Of a stretch of 64,000 nucleotides of DNA, positions 40,531 through 53,337 are shown in pieces. A model generated the notes under the pieces. The model saw only the letters and a list, made by a program, of their open reading frames with translations. It did not search any database and was not told the DNA's origin. The DNA comes from Phoronis australis (taxonomy: Eukaryota; Animalia; Phoronida): assembly GCA_002633005.1 (NCBI GenBank), contig NMRA01000067.1:988582-1052581 (forward strand), written 5' to 3'. Numbering within the stretch: the stretch's first letter is position 1; every line of letters begins with the position of its first letter. A program made the position numbers and the translations under genes.

Positions 40531-41915
40531 GATTACGAATGTGGTTGATCTCAAGCGTGCGTTGTATGGTGTAGATGTCTTAAAACAACCTTAAACGTTT
40601 GGTGATGTTCCCCTTAGTTGGGTAATCAGCCTGCTTTGAAATATGGAAAAGTGTCGAGATATGTGGAGAATTACCGTAATACCAAAAAGTAGTCCAGGAC
40701 TCTCTAGAAAATGATAACCAAAAAATTTTACGAACAAAAGTGACAAATTGCGAACTTTGCGACAAAAAGACTTTACTGTAGGCCGGCACAGCTAGTAATG
40801 GGCATAAATTATTGTGATATTGACTTACGGTATCGAATCCGCAAATATTGAATTATGGATTTTCCCCCGAGGTGATATGTCCTTGGACTTCCCTTTAGTA
40901 ATCTGTTATTTTGTGCCTCTTAAAGTGGCGTTATCGGTGAGAAACAACGTGGATCTAAAACTAAACAAAATCAGCGGCCACCGGTCCCCGGCCAACACTT
41001 TACTGGGAGAGCGAAACTCACTGGATAAATTGTAGTGTATGTTAAGTGTTTTGACCAACTGTCATTTTCCTTGAGTTTCAGTGATTAGCGGGTAGACAAT
41101 GGCGTTAAGTGGCGATTTGTAATAAAGTCAGAAAACACGATTGTTGTTGCTTTATAGTTCTGATCAAAGCTAATATCTTCAAGAAGCGTTTCCCATATAA
41201 TAATAATATTAATCAAAGAGCGTTTTTCGCCATATAATTAATTGTGTGCTACTTTCTGATAGTTTTCAATGCTCGCACTCCGCATGCCGTATCTTTTTAC
41301 GATTACAGTAGGTGCACGTAGTTACGCCCAGGGGTCTTTAGTTAGCTGCGCCGTTATATGAAATTAGGCACATGGGCTTACAAGTGTGAAACACTTGAGT
41401 AAAACCCAGGAGCAACTTGTTTATTTATTATGTGAGTGAAACTTGCCTTATTTGTTGCAAAATGTTAGGTGAAGACTTGCTATTAAAAGTCATGCGCCTG
41501 ATGTGTTGACATGTAAAACACTCTTGCACAAATAATTTTCTTCACGAAAGCGCATTATTTCGGATTAAGATACATGGGTCGAAATATGCATTAATTCCTT
41601 GTATTGGGCCTACTGGGTCATGTTCTTGTCTCTGGGTGTAAGTACTCCCCGTTTTCCCTCGGTGACATGGGCTTTACTTGATATTAAAGATACAGACTGT
41701 TTTTATTTTTTCAACTCTAGAATACAGGATAAGTTCCACCAATTGAAGCATGTTACTAAAACGGGAGCATTTTGTAAATTGCCGCACTCGGCGTTTAAAG
41801 TTAAATTTTGACTGTGATTTTGTACTCAGAAAATGACATTCCCACGTGTTGGTCATTTTAAAAAAGGTTGACGTCATGCTGAAAGATTAACATTTGAAAA
41901 ATAAGTTATAATTAA

Positions 41916-42309
41916 CAAGGTACCTAAACTACACGGTCAACGGACTCATAAACACGGGCATGGACGTATGAACACGACTCACGGACCTGCAAACACCGTC
42001 CACGGACTCACAAAACACGATCCTAATAAACGGGACACGGACTCGTATTCACGAGGAAACACAGTTAACGGACCGCCAAACACGGGTCACGGACCCATCG
42101 GCTTCCTGGGTCAGCTGACATCTTCATTTTCTGTCCGTAAACCGTGTTTCCTCGTGAAAATGAGTCAATGTCTCGTGTATTTGGGTGCGTGGATTGTGTT
42201 TTGTGAGTGCGTTCCCGTGTTTGTGAGTCAGTGGACGGTGTTTGCAGGTCGGTGAGTCGTGTTCATGCGTCCGTGCCCGTGTTTATGAGACCGTAGTTTA
42301 GGTACCTTG
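41916..42309. mobile_element. Foldback-type non-autonomous element with modular long TIRs
   Basis: caaggtacctaaactac ... gtagtttaggtaccttg termini; arms built of cacggactca/aaacac sub-repeats; 5-bp flanking direct repeat ATTAA. Confidence 0.85.
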
Positions 42310-44574
42310 ATTAAGCGTCAACACAACACGTGCTTGTGTGTAGGCATGTGGGTTTGGGCAAATTAATGTCGTCCGTCCCGAATGGTGCCCGCTGTTAAGC
42401 CTCCAAAATCCCTAGATGGATGTCGGTGGTTTTCAATGGAAATGTTTTTATTTTTACTGGCATTGTTTTGGTTACATGTCGGCTGCATGTTCTTGCTTTG
42501 ACAGCCAAGATTTGCGTTTGGAAAGCTTGGGACCAGCGAATTGGCGATGACCTAAAATTTACTCGGTTCTGTTATTAACTCTGTTGGAAATTAAAGGTTA
42601 TTTCTGAACTAATGATGACCCTCCCAACAGTAGGCCTACATGCGCGTACTAGGCTCATGGTCAAATATCCGAAATAATGTTTTTGAGAAAATTGTTCAGT
42701 CAAGTGTTTCGCATATACCGTAGCTTACTAAGTTCCACTTATAATAGTAGGTGGGTGTTCTCTGGGCATAGACCAATGCCAACTTGTGGCTACAGGCACA
42801 CGCATTGTCGTAGAGAAAAACGCACAATCTTGCCCGCATGCGAAACACTTTCACGCTACTTCAGTGGTTTGATGACGTATTTCCTGGACTGTGACTCGGG
42901 TGCGATCATCACGTTCTGCTAGACTCACTCGTCAAGTTTTATTAGCAGGAATAACATGTAGGTAACAGTACAGTTTTAATTGACTAACTTGTTGTCATAT
43001 TCATAAAGGTTTGAAAACATATACATTCGGTCGATATGAAAGTTTACCTAATAAAAACGACGAGTTACGGGTATTTACGCATCGAACAAGCTCTACCGAT
43101 CATCGAGGTCAGCCAAGCATTTCAGTTTTTGCCTCCTTTTGGCCTTGGCCATATCCCGAGGCCTAAGTTTGCCTCAATCGTGACTTATGCAGCGTATTCG
43201 CTATGTGCATACGATCACGAGTGGAGTGTAGCAGACATGTACGCCGGTCCTTGAAAACTGTTACGATGTAATCACTTTGAAGGGTCAATGCTTGTGCATG
43301 ACCACGTGGTCTCGGTGGTATGAAAATTGTCTGAGGTGATAAATTTTTGGTCCTGGCGTGTTAAATTTTGGTCCTGAAGTATTAAATTTTCGGTTATTAC
43401 GTGATGAATTTTGGTCCCAATTTTTGTTGGTCTTGTAGAGTGAATTGTTTTTGATTCTTGCTTGAATGAAAATTAGATTTTCAGTGGGATATTTTGTTTT
43501 GTGTGGAGCAGACAAATTGCAACATTATAGCTTCACGGCAATAAAACAGATTAACATAAATTTGACGTATCATATTAGACTAAAATTAATTGGTGACTTT
43601 GCGAGCCGTTTGGTTTCTGAATTCTCGGCGTGAAAAGTTAGGTCATGATCGATGAAATACGACAAAAATAGTTAAAATAGACGCAGCATGTTTTAGTTCT
43701 TTTGTATCGGTAGTCAAGTTGGTCCTCTTTGGTTTCATGCGCGTACCCAGCCTTGAAAATGTGGGGCTCGAATTTCTGTCGATGTGGACCCTTTGCTGAC
43801 AAAACATTGGTGGGACTAAAAAAAAAGAAAAAAAAGAAAAAAAACGGGGCAGAGTATTAGCCATGACCCCCCTCTAAATCCGCCACTGATATGTGCTATT
43901 TGTATTACTGCTCAAAGCAGAACAGCTTCACTGTGGCGTTGGATTTTAATGAGAGCCAATTATGTCAATAATTAGGTCTCCGTGATCTGTTACAAAGTTT
44001 ATGCAATGGCTTTCCAAGAACGCGACTAAACTTCTCAACAGAATCTCGGAATGAACTGTCGATTGTTCATTCTAATGACTTATTGCAGCCAATTCATATC
44101 CCGTATCTCTACATACACCTAAGTCACCATGACGACTAAAAGCATCATTCCATGTGTCCGTGTTGCTGATATCCGGGTTTGAGATTGAGCGAGAATTATG
44201 CAAATTTCACTGAGTTACCGTGTGTTCTTTAAATTTCCCTCTTGATAATACTTGTCATGACACTACGAAATAATTAAGCTAGCAACTCTGGAGGTTTGTA
44301 GAGATAGAAATGCATTTAATTTCCGTCTGTTAGCGAAATACAATTTCCTGTTTTAGAAATCCTGGTGTTTGGCGAGGCAAATTCTAAAGAAACTGAATAG
44401 TCTTTGGGTCTACACTCTTTTATACTCATGATATTTACAAGTGTCACAGCATCGGGTAAAAATGGTACAAACAGCAACAAAGTCGTCCGTTTCTCTACCT
44501 ACGGTGCCCGTGGCATGTACATAAGCAAGCAGGAAGTATTGTTCATGTAGCTGTGATGGGTTATTTATGGTAAT

Positions 44575-44635
44575 TATCGTTGACTGGACTCGGCAGACGC
44601 ATGTATCGTTGACTGGACTCGGCAGACGCATGTAT
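44575..44635. repeat. 29-bp perfect tandem duplication
   Basis: tatcgttgactggactcggcagacgcatg x2. Confidence 0.95.
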
Positions 44636-46131
44636 TCATTTGATCTTGACTGATCCTGCTCTGTCAGTCCAATAACTCACGGAGAACAAATAAAAATCAA
44701 TAAAGATCTACTGTATGAGCAGCGAATCTGTGCTAGACTTTGTTAAATGTATCATATCGAGTTCCATGTTTTGTTCAAACTAATCAAATTTCGTGTCTTG
44801 TGGACGTTGCGTATGAATATATAATTTACAGCTATACTGACGCTGAGTAGTTTATTGGAACCCGTCGTGTCAAGCAGCATGTGAATTCAGTAACTGGAAA
44901 TTTCTTGTGTTTGCTATCCGAGTTTGGAATACAAAATGGAAATAAAGAATGTGAGTCAGAGGCTGAGTTGGTTGTTCCAGTGTGCCGTTTGTCTGAGCAT
45001 TTATGTTGAAGTCGTCACTGGATTTGGTAAGTGCGTTGGTTCAGAGATTTCCCTTACTAGATTTTTAAAAAGAAATAGCACACACTCGGGAATCGCTTTC
45101 ACTATACATTCAGTTACATTCTCGAACATACATGTATCTTCACAAAGCTTGGAATATATATGGGAAGTAACTGCGATCCATTCTTGATTTTTGGGACATG
45201 CGTACATGATTTTTTTGCAATGTCGCTTTCAAGCAAAAGTCTTCAACGGAAGCACCAATTAAAACTTCAAAAGTTCGCAGTTGTGTCGCACATTAATTAG
45301 AAGCGTATTTTAGTCGCCAGGTTGCCCTGTGTGGCCTCGGTCTCTACAGACATTTGCTTTTTATTAAATTGCGTTGACATTCACCAATAATTCATTCGTG
45401 GCTTTAATTTAACAGTAATCCAAAAATGCGTTTTTCGACATCAAACCGATGTGTCTTTAATCGGTTTTAAGGTCGAAAATACATGTAGGGGAACACTATT
45501 GGATGGGATAGATTTCTTGAAGTTATTAACTTTGACCAGAACTATAAAACAACAAAATCTGTTTTGTTTTATGAGTTAATTAATTGCCGTTGTCTGCCAC
45601 ACATTCCCTGAAATCAGTTTTAACTTTTATATATCTACTGATGAAGAAACTCGTACCGATATCGCGTGTGGTTAACAGCAGAACGTTAGACTGTGACCGC
45701 GAGTGTTCCTGGTTACAATCCGCGCTGAGCCTGATTTCAGACAATCACATTTCTCACTTTAAAAGCATTTCAACATTAAAGTGTGGGTTTCTTTTTCCTT
45801 ATTAAATATCAGGAGGCGCTAAATTGGTAAATTGGTCTTGGCGTTAGTTTCCAGCATATACATGTATCATTTGACTGTGCTGTAGATCAAACTGCAGCAC
45901 GTGTTAGCAGCTCCAATGGTTTTGGCCAAATGGATTTTTCATCTAGAAATTTTACCACTTTGTAAGGTAAGAACATCTAGGAGGAACCAAGGTGCCTCTG
46001 AACACTTCTACCGTGTTGAAATACTGAAGCTGGACCCTCACCACGGGAGCGAAATTTTTACCGAGAACTTCTTTCGTATTCGGAAAAACAACACATTGCT
46101 TACACTTCCGGTACCCGCAAAGTAAACCCAG

Positions 46132-46282
46132 CCTCCCTTTCAGTAACGCTAGGACCTCGCTAAAAAGCAAGACTTCGCGAGATTACATGAGATATTGCCG
46201 TGTATTTTAAATAAGAGCACGGGACTTTGACTAGGTTTTAGCTAGGTCCTAGCGTAGGTCCTAGCGTCTACTGAACGCACGC
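46132..46282 (+). mobile_element. MITE family B copy 1 (PIF/Harbinger-like, CWG target)
   Basis: Subterminal IR ttcagtaacgctaggacct / aggtcctagcgtctactgaa; CAG flanks; near-identical inverted copy at 59178-59327. Confidence 0.8.
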
Positions 46283-46357
46283 CAGGGTTTCTTTATGAAA
46301 CTTTGAGCTTAGAAACGGAACGTGTGCCGTCAACTAAGTCGTGATGGGGTTCTTGTT

Positions 46358-46485
46358 CATGGGCGGATCCAGGATTTCAAAAAGGGGGGTCCAAGTCAAC
46401 ATTTTGAAAATTTTAGATTTGATATCATTAAAATCAAAGGAAAAGGGGGGTCCGGCAATCCTTGACCCCTCTGGATCCGCCTATG
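46358..46485. mobile_element. 128-bp MITE
   Basis: TIR catgggcggatccag / ctggatccgcctatg (1 mismatch); ttgtt direct repeat on both sides. Confidence 0.8.
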
Positions 46486-47403
46486 TTGTTACAACTACAT
46501 TCCTAAAAACGACATGGGGATTAAAACGGGGATTTGAAACAACCATCTGACCAGAGAACTAGCTGTAAAGTTCGTGAATAAAGAATTTTTACTGAAACTC
46601 GCAGACATTGTTCGTTTTGGGAAACCCTACAAACGATGTGAAATTACTATGGTTCCTAACTAGGTACATGAACTTTTACAATTCGAAAAATTTCAGGTCC
46701 GAAAAAGCCTGTGGGCGTACATTTGGAATACCCCTTTGTGGAAATTCACACCGATAAATGTTGTGTGACAAAAGGACGTCGACCATTCAGAGATTTGTAC
46801 ATATTTCCGAAAGAACAATTTTTTAATTCGTAAAATGCAAAATATTCCGTTAATTTAGGTGTATCGAATTCTGACCGTTCAATTATTAATCAAATGTATC
46901 GCTTGCCTGCGTTGAACATACACAATAAAATTTTTAATTTAAATTAATGAAATAGTTCAAATCATGCTCAGTGTGCTGTTCCTGACTTCTTTGAGCAAGA
47001 TCCCCGTGTTGTAACAACTGGTGTGTCAACCACATTAGTTTATTAGACAAAATTACGAATTTTGTCTCTTCCATTTTAATGATCTCACATGTAAGTCACA
47101 ACAAATGTAATTATAGGTGCTACCGTTTCCACCAAGAAAGATACTATTTCTTCCACGCAGTGTTTGCTTTTGGTATGAGTTTACAGTCTTCATATCTCCT
47201 GCTTTGTTTTTCACTAAGAACACTGGGAGAGAAGAGTCTTGGGGTCACCGCAGACGAAGAGCTTCGAGGTCAGCTGTACTGTGTGCCTCAAGAGAACGAC
47301 AGCATGGCTGACAGCTCACGTCAATGCGAGAAAATAAGACAGTTGAATGAACTAGCCTCTAGTTTATTCAGCTATTCTCGCCTTCATGTCAGTTGCCGGC
47401 GTA

Positions 47404-50400
47404 TAGTCCGGGAGCCAAACGCTTTTTTATTTAACCTGGTTTTGCCGGATAAAGTTTTTTCTTTGCAGTTTCATGTAGCCTGGGGTTTGGTAATCAGAAA
47501 TCAGGCGGGTGACCGTTCCCAAACCTTGAGCATTTTTTAAATATGCAAATTAAGGTCGCCATTATGCAAAATTCTATTTTTGTCTATAATTTCTTTACCA
47601 ACCACTGCAGGCAGATTATTTTGACGTTTTACTCATGTTTCCATGGTCAGTGAATTTAATGGTGAAAGTTTTTGGGTGGATACATCGTCAATTTGCATAA
47701 TTTATGCAAATTAAGACCGCCATTATTCAAAATTTTACTTGTTTCAATAGCTATGGTACCAATCATCATAGGTGAACTATGATATTTGCACCTATGTTTC
47801 TATGGTCAATTAGTTCAATGAAATCAGTTTGCATGTTGTTGCATGATAAATTTGCATAATTAATGTAAATTAAGGCCACCATTATTCAAAATTATTTGTT
47901 GCTTAAAGCTTCCTTACCAAGCACTGCAGACAGGTTACTTTTAGGTTTTCATCCATGCTTCCATGGTCAGTGAAATTAATGGACCTCGTTTGCTGGTGGA
48001 TACATCTTGAATTTGCTTAATATATGCATAATATATGCAAATTAAGGCCGCCATTATTCAAAATTCTAATTTTGCTTATAGCTGAAGTACCAGGCACCCC
48101 AAGTAAACTATTTTAACGTCTTTACCTATGTTTCTGTGAAATAAGTTCGCAAGTTGTTGCATGATGAATTTTCATATTTTATACAAATAATGGACACCAC
48201 TATTCCAAATACTGTTTTTGCTCTTAATTTCCTTACGGGCGTTACATGTAAATTATTTTCCAATTTATCTCGTGTTTTTGATAATTTACGCAAATTACAG
48301 CTGCCATATTCAAAATTCTACTTGTGCTTATAACTGCTGCATCAGACACCAGAGGTTAGTTATAAATATTTGCACCCATGTTTCAATGGTTAATGAATTT
48401 AATGAAATCTGTTTGCAGAATCTCCTTTTTGATGAAGTAAGAAAATCTTTTGTGTAATGTGTGTTCTGCAGTTTGAGACCTTAAATTCCAAAAAGATATT
48501 GCCTATAGCCCTGCGATCTCAGAGACCATAGAAAAAGCGCAAAATAGTTTAATGACTTAGGTGAATGCTGGAATGGGGCTCGGAGCGATCAGTTTATGGG
48601 GACCACATTGATGAGGTAGGAATACAATAGTGAGGGAATAGTAAGGAATTGCCCTCAAAGAAGAGAATCTTAAGCTTTGGGCACAAATTGCCATTTGTCC
48701 CACAAGATTGAAACAGATCTTGGGAGAGATGGAGAGCGGTAACGTTAGATCCTGTACTAAAACTTATTACACGGAAGAAAGTAAGACACGTCTTGATGCA
48801 CAAGCCCAGGATATTGCATGGATCTGCCAAAAGTAGATACCAGCATCGATCTACTGGATCCCAATGTCCATCCCAAAGACACAGTGGTGAACATTAGCAG
48901 TGACAGGATTGCTACTTCGAGAAAGGCTGCCAATACATTAGGAACACATGTAGGCAATCACTGATGAAGATCATTGTCCCTTAATACAATACAAGGATAT
49001 TGGAGATCGAGACATCCCATGAAGAAGCTAGCTCCATTATTGTCAAACAGGACGTGAAATGTGCATATGAACTTAACAAATTTTAGGTTGTTTCGGATGA
49101 CAAAAATGTATTTGTCCTTCGTGTGCATTACTAACACAAGGAACAGCTTCAAATACCACAACCATGAAATCACGTAGTAAGCGTAGAACAGTCGAACACA
49201 TAAAGTTAACAGTGAAAACGTGTAGCGATATTGTGAAGTTCTCCTCCCTGCCCATGCGCTGTAGGGGTGTAACACGTTGGTATGCAAAAATATTGAAGGC
49301 TGACCATGACCTATCTGCCATCGGCACTAGTATGCATGCACATTTTTCTGATGTCATGAAACAAGTCACTAAATGTATGTGCGCCTGTCATGGAATGAAG
49401 AGAATCAGGAAGATGTCACGAACCAGACTACAGGTATGGGGAAGAGAAATGGCAAGAAATATATATCTGCCCCCAAACTGTCACCGACAACAGAGGCATT
49501 CAAAGAGAACGTAAACGTAAACAGAGCCCATTACCAGTCAGTCATGGGGTGGAATGTCACCAGCACTAGATCGAGAGGACTATGGATGGAAGAAAGATGC
49601 CATAAACAAATCACTCTCACTATCTATAATTCCGCATGGTGTCCAACTCGCTCCTATTGCTTACTAGTGATGATAAGGTGTGACTGCAAAGGTCAGATTT
49701 CACGAAATTCAAGTAGATACTATTGCAGAGTCAATTTTCTGCCCCGCAAAATATTTTGGGCACATTATACTGTAGTATGCTCACGTTCCGAGTGTTGAAT
49801 TAGCATTTGAAACGTCTTGTGACTGGTCTCCATTCGATAGGATATTGTCCCGGGTTTATGCAATTAAGCAATTTGGTCATCTACTACCACTTATACCCTG
49901 GGTACCAGACAAAAGTAGAATTTGTAATGTTGTGTAATAAATTACAGATTATTTATATTTATGATGTAATAACAGATTACATTAAATTCATCAGTAAAAA
50001 TACCAAACAATTTACATGTGGTGCCCCCCGTAAGAAAGTTACGAGCAGAAAAAGAATTTATGATAATGTCTGCCTTTATTTGGATATATTATGCTAATTT
50101 ATCGTGCAACTTGCTAACTGACTTTATTAACCTAATTGACAACAGGAACATAGGTTCAAATATCATGAGAGTTTACCTGTGGTGCTTGGTACCGCAGCTA
50201 TAAGCCAAGTAGCTATATGCACAAGTAAAATTTTGAATAATGACGCCCTTAATTTGCATTAGTTCTGCAAATTATGCAAAGTTATCATGCAACTACATGC
50301 AAAGCGATTTCATTAAAATAGTTGACCAAAGGAATATAGGTGCAAATATCATGATAGTTCATCTGTGGTGCCTGGTACAGTAGCTAGAAGCACAAGAAGA

Positions 50401-50890
50401 ACTTTGAATAATGGCGGCATTAATTTGCATAAATTATGCATATTGACAATGTATTCATTAAAAAACTTGCACTGTTAAATTCGTTTACCATGGAAACATG
50501 AGTTAAAACGTCAAAATTATCTGGCTGCAGTGCTTGGTAAGGAAATTATAAGCAAAAATAGTAGAATTTTGCATAATGGCAGTCTTAATTTGCATAAATT
50601 ATGCAATTTGACAATGTATTCACCTAAAAACTTGCATTATTAAATTCGTTGACTATGAAAACATGAGTAAAACGTCAAAATTATCGGGCTGCAGTGCTTG
50701 GTAAGGAAATTATAAGTAAAAATAGAATTTTGCATAATGGCGACCTTAATTTGCATATTTAAAAAAATACTCAAGGGTTGCGAACGGTCACCCCCTTAAA
50801 TCATGGTGACTTAACCCTAGGGTACATGAAAATGCAAAGAAAAAAACTTTATCCGGCAAAACCAGGTTCAACCCCCTGGCTCCCGGACTA
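47404..50890 (+). mobile_element. Decayed Academ-like (AcademX) DNA transposon, internally deleted
   Basis: Termini tagtccgggagcca / tggctcccggacta; several-hundred-bp TIRs with ~160-170 bp sub-repeats (atgcaaattaaggccgccattattcaaaatt); flanks gta/tta. Confidence 0.8.
48830..49798 (+). pseudogene. Fragmented Academ transposase C-terminal region (XPG-like nuclease + Cys-rich tail)
   Basis: Across stops and frameshifts: SHEEASSIIVKQ (HEEADT-like), VVSDDKNVFVL (SDDTDV-like), PAHAL*GCNT (HALTGCDT-like), SPTTEAFKENV..RAHYQ, IRCDCKG. Confidence 0.75.
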
Positions 50891-53337
50891 TTAGCTATCG
50901 TTCTATTGAGGCTGACAGCTTAGCTCGTAGCTTCTCGTCTACCGTTACCTGTAAACTCACGTGTCAGTCGAAAGTCACTGTTCAAGAATTTTGTGTGTAA
51001 AATACAGAGCATCATTCCTGTTGAGACATCCGCTCAGAGAGTAGAAAAACGGTCACGTTTTTCGACAGCAATAATTTTATTGAGGAAAGTCAACTGGACG
51101 AAATTACTTTTGTAAAGATCAACAAATATTGTTACGATTGTTACATAGTTATGAGCAGAATATCAAACGGTGTAATAATCAAAAGACTTTCATTTTGCAA
51201 TTTACTACTTAGCTTTGGGAAAAGCTGGGGGGTTTCTTATAGAAGCCCCTCGGCCTAAAGCCGATTGCGTCAATCTGATTCCAATCTTCAGTCAAAATTT
51301 AATAGCTCACTTGCGAGTTTCTCGTTAGTAAATGTGACGTCACCGGAAGAGGGGCAAAACCCGCTTTTTAGAGGCCGTTGTACACCGGCCTTCCGTCACA
51401 AAAGCCCGACGTTATGAAATTGGTGTCAAATTGCTCCTTAGTCAAATTGCAAAGGTGGACACACTTTAGTCCAGATTCTACAAGGAAATGACAGTTCTTT
51501 GCAAACCCACAAATTACGTCTCATCTGAATAAAAAACAAGTTGAGACCAATTTTTATAAAGGCAAATGGTCTTGAAGTTCGCATCCTGGAAGGAACGCGG
51601 GTTTATAACCACTTTAAACATTACAGTTAGCGACATCTTTTGAGATTTGGTCTTTCATTTAGACTTTTTCTTAAAAATACATTGATTTTGAAACCACACA
51701 GAAAATAAGATGAGTTTGTAATCTTCTGATGAACGCGCTGACAGAGCGCTGCTGCGCAACTAATTGCAGTGTTGTCAATTTCAATGTCAAAGTACGATGC
51801 AGTGTACAAACCAATCATTATGTGCGCTGTATGACAACAGATTTTAATAAGAATGTATGATGTAGCCTTCTAATTAATTTCCGTCGAATTATGCGAACAA
51901 ATCAGGCATGTAAAGCGGTATTAAACTCATGTTCTCTGTCAAAAACCAACTTTTAAGTTAGGCCAATAACTGTTGTAAAAACTGTCTCCTCTTATTCCTT
52001 ACTACGTTTGTGCTCAGGAAGAATCGACAGCTCGTAATAGCTTCAAACCAGGTACTCAATAAGGTTCACGTAATGCCATGAACGTTTCGGCTAAGACTCG
52101 AAAGTTTGAGACACTGGCGCGTTGGATTTGTCAAGTCGGGTTATTGTAAACGATTCTACTTCTGATATATGAGAAGACGGAAGTAATACCGTTTTGGAAG
52201 CGTAAATATGCCTGGGAACTAAACAGTTGTTTTGGGAACGAAAATATCATGATTTGTAGCGGTATTAATTAAGGATTGACTGTTCTTTCCGTCTCCTGCG
52301 CATTGCTTGGAGGTTTCCATCCAATCTGGCATTATCACCAGACAATACCGATAGTTTCTGAACGTGTTTTGGTAACATTCCAGTCAATGCGATCCCTAGT
52401 GTCGAGTTCAATACTTTCAAAATGACGTATCAAAACATTTTATCCCTTTTCAAATATGCGATGCCATTCCCTATTTTGGATTTTGCTACACATTTCACGA
52501 CAATCGCGGTTATCCAGCCCAACAGAGAAAACAAAGTGTCTGATTTCAGTACACCGCCGGGGATGTCTTTTGCTTTACAATCAGTCACCCTCTTTACAGA
52601 TAAAAAGCAGGAGATTTATCCCCACTGTCGACAACTGGACATTTTACCTGTCCCGCTGTAGTGTAAAGATGTATTTGTATGCTTCTAACTATGCTGGTGT
52701 ATAACAGGAAGTAAACGACAATGCTGGTTCAACATAATGAGCGCTAAACAAGTACAGTTGTTCTCATTGACAACTTAAAAATGTGAAAACAAAAAAGTCT
52801 GCAAATGCGTTATTGACGTACCTCGCGGGCTCACGTACCCCGCATCATACAGTGTTATTCACCAGCACGACGTCACGAAACTTACTGCACACGGTTCAAT
52901 GATTTGCGGCGGATCGTTTTCGCCACAAAACTCGTCTTTAAAAACGTTTGGAAATTTTCATGCTACTTCATTTTCACATCATCGCTATATGCGGTGCCCA
53001 AACTAATTTAGCCAAGCAATCACACAGATAAGGAATTATCCTTCAGGTTCACCTTCAATGACAGCTGACTGTGTTTCGTTGGCATCCACGTTCCTTTTGG
53101 GGGCATTTTTTATAAGTTTCCACTGACTTATCTTACAGAGCCAGTGCGATGCAAGAAAGATAAAGACTACGGTGACCATCCATTGAACATCTACTATTGC
53201 TCAAACGAGTCAAAGCCTGAGTGTTGTCACAAAGATAACACGTTCGACTGTTGCGAGCCGGAATCTTACAGAGCCTTGTAAGTAGGACACAATCATGTAA
53301 CTTGTTATCGAAAAACGTTTGTGGACTTAAATGTTAA

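Noticed and set aside
47079-47540. 153-aa ORF
   Set aside because: Runs across the Academ TIR junction and has no recognisable protein features
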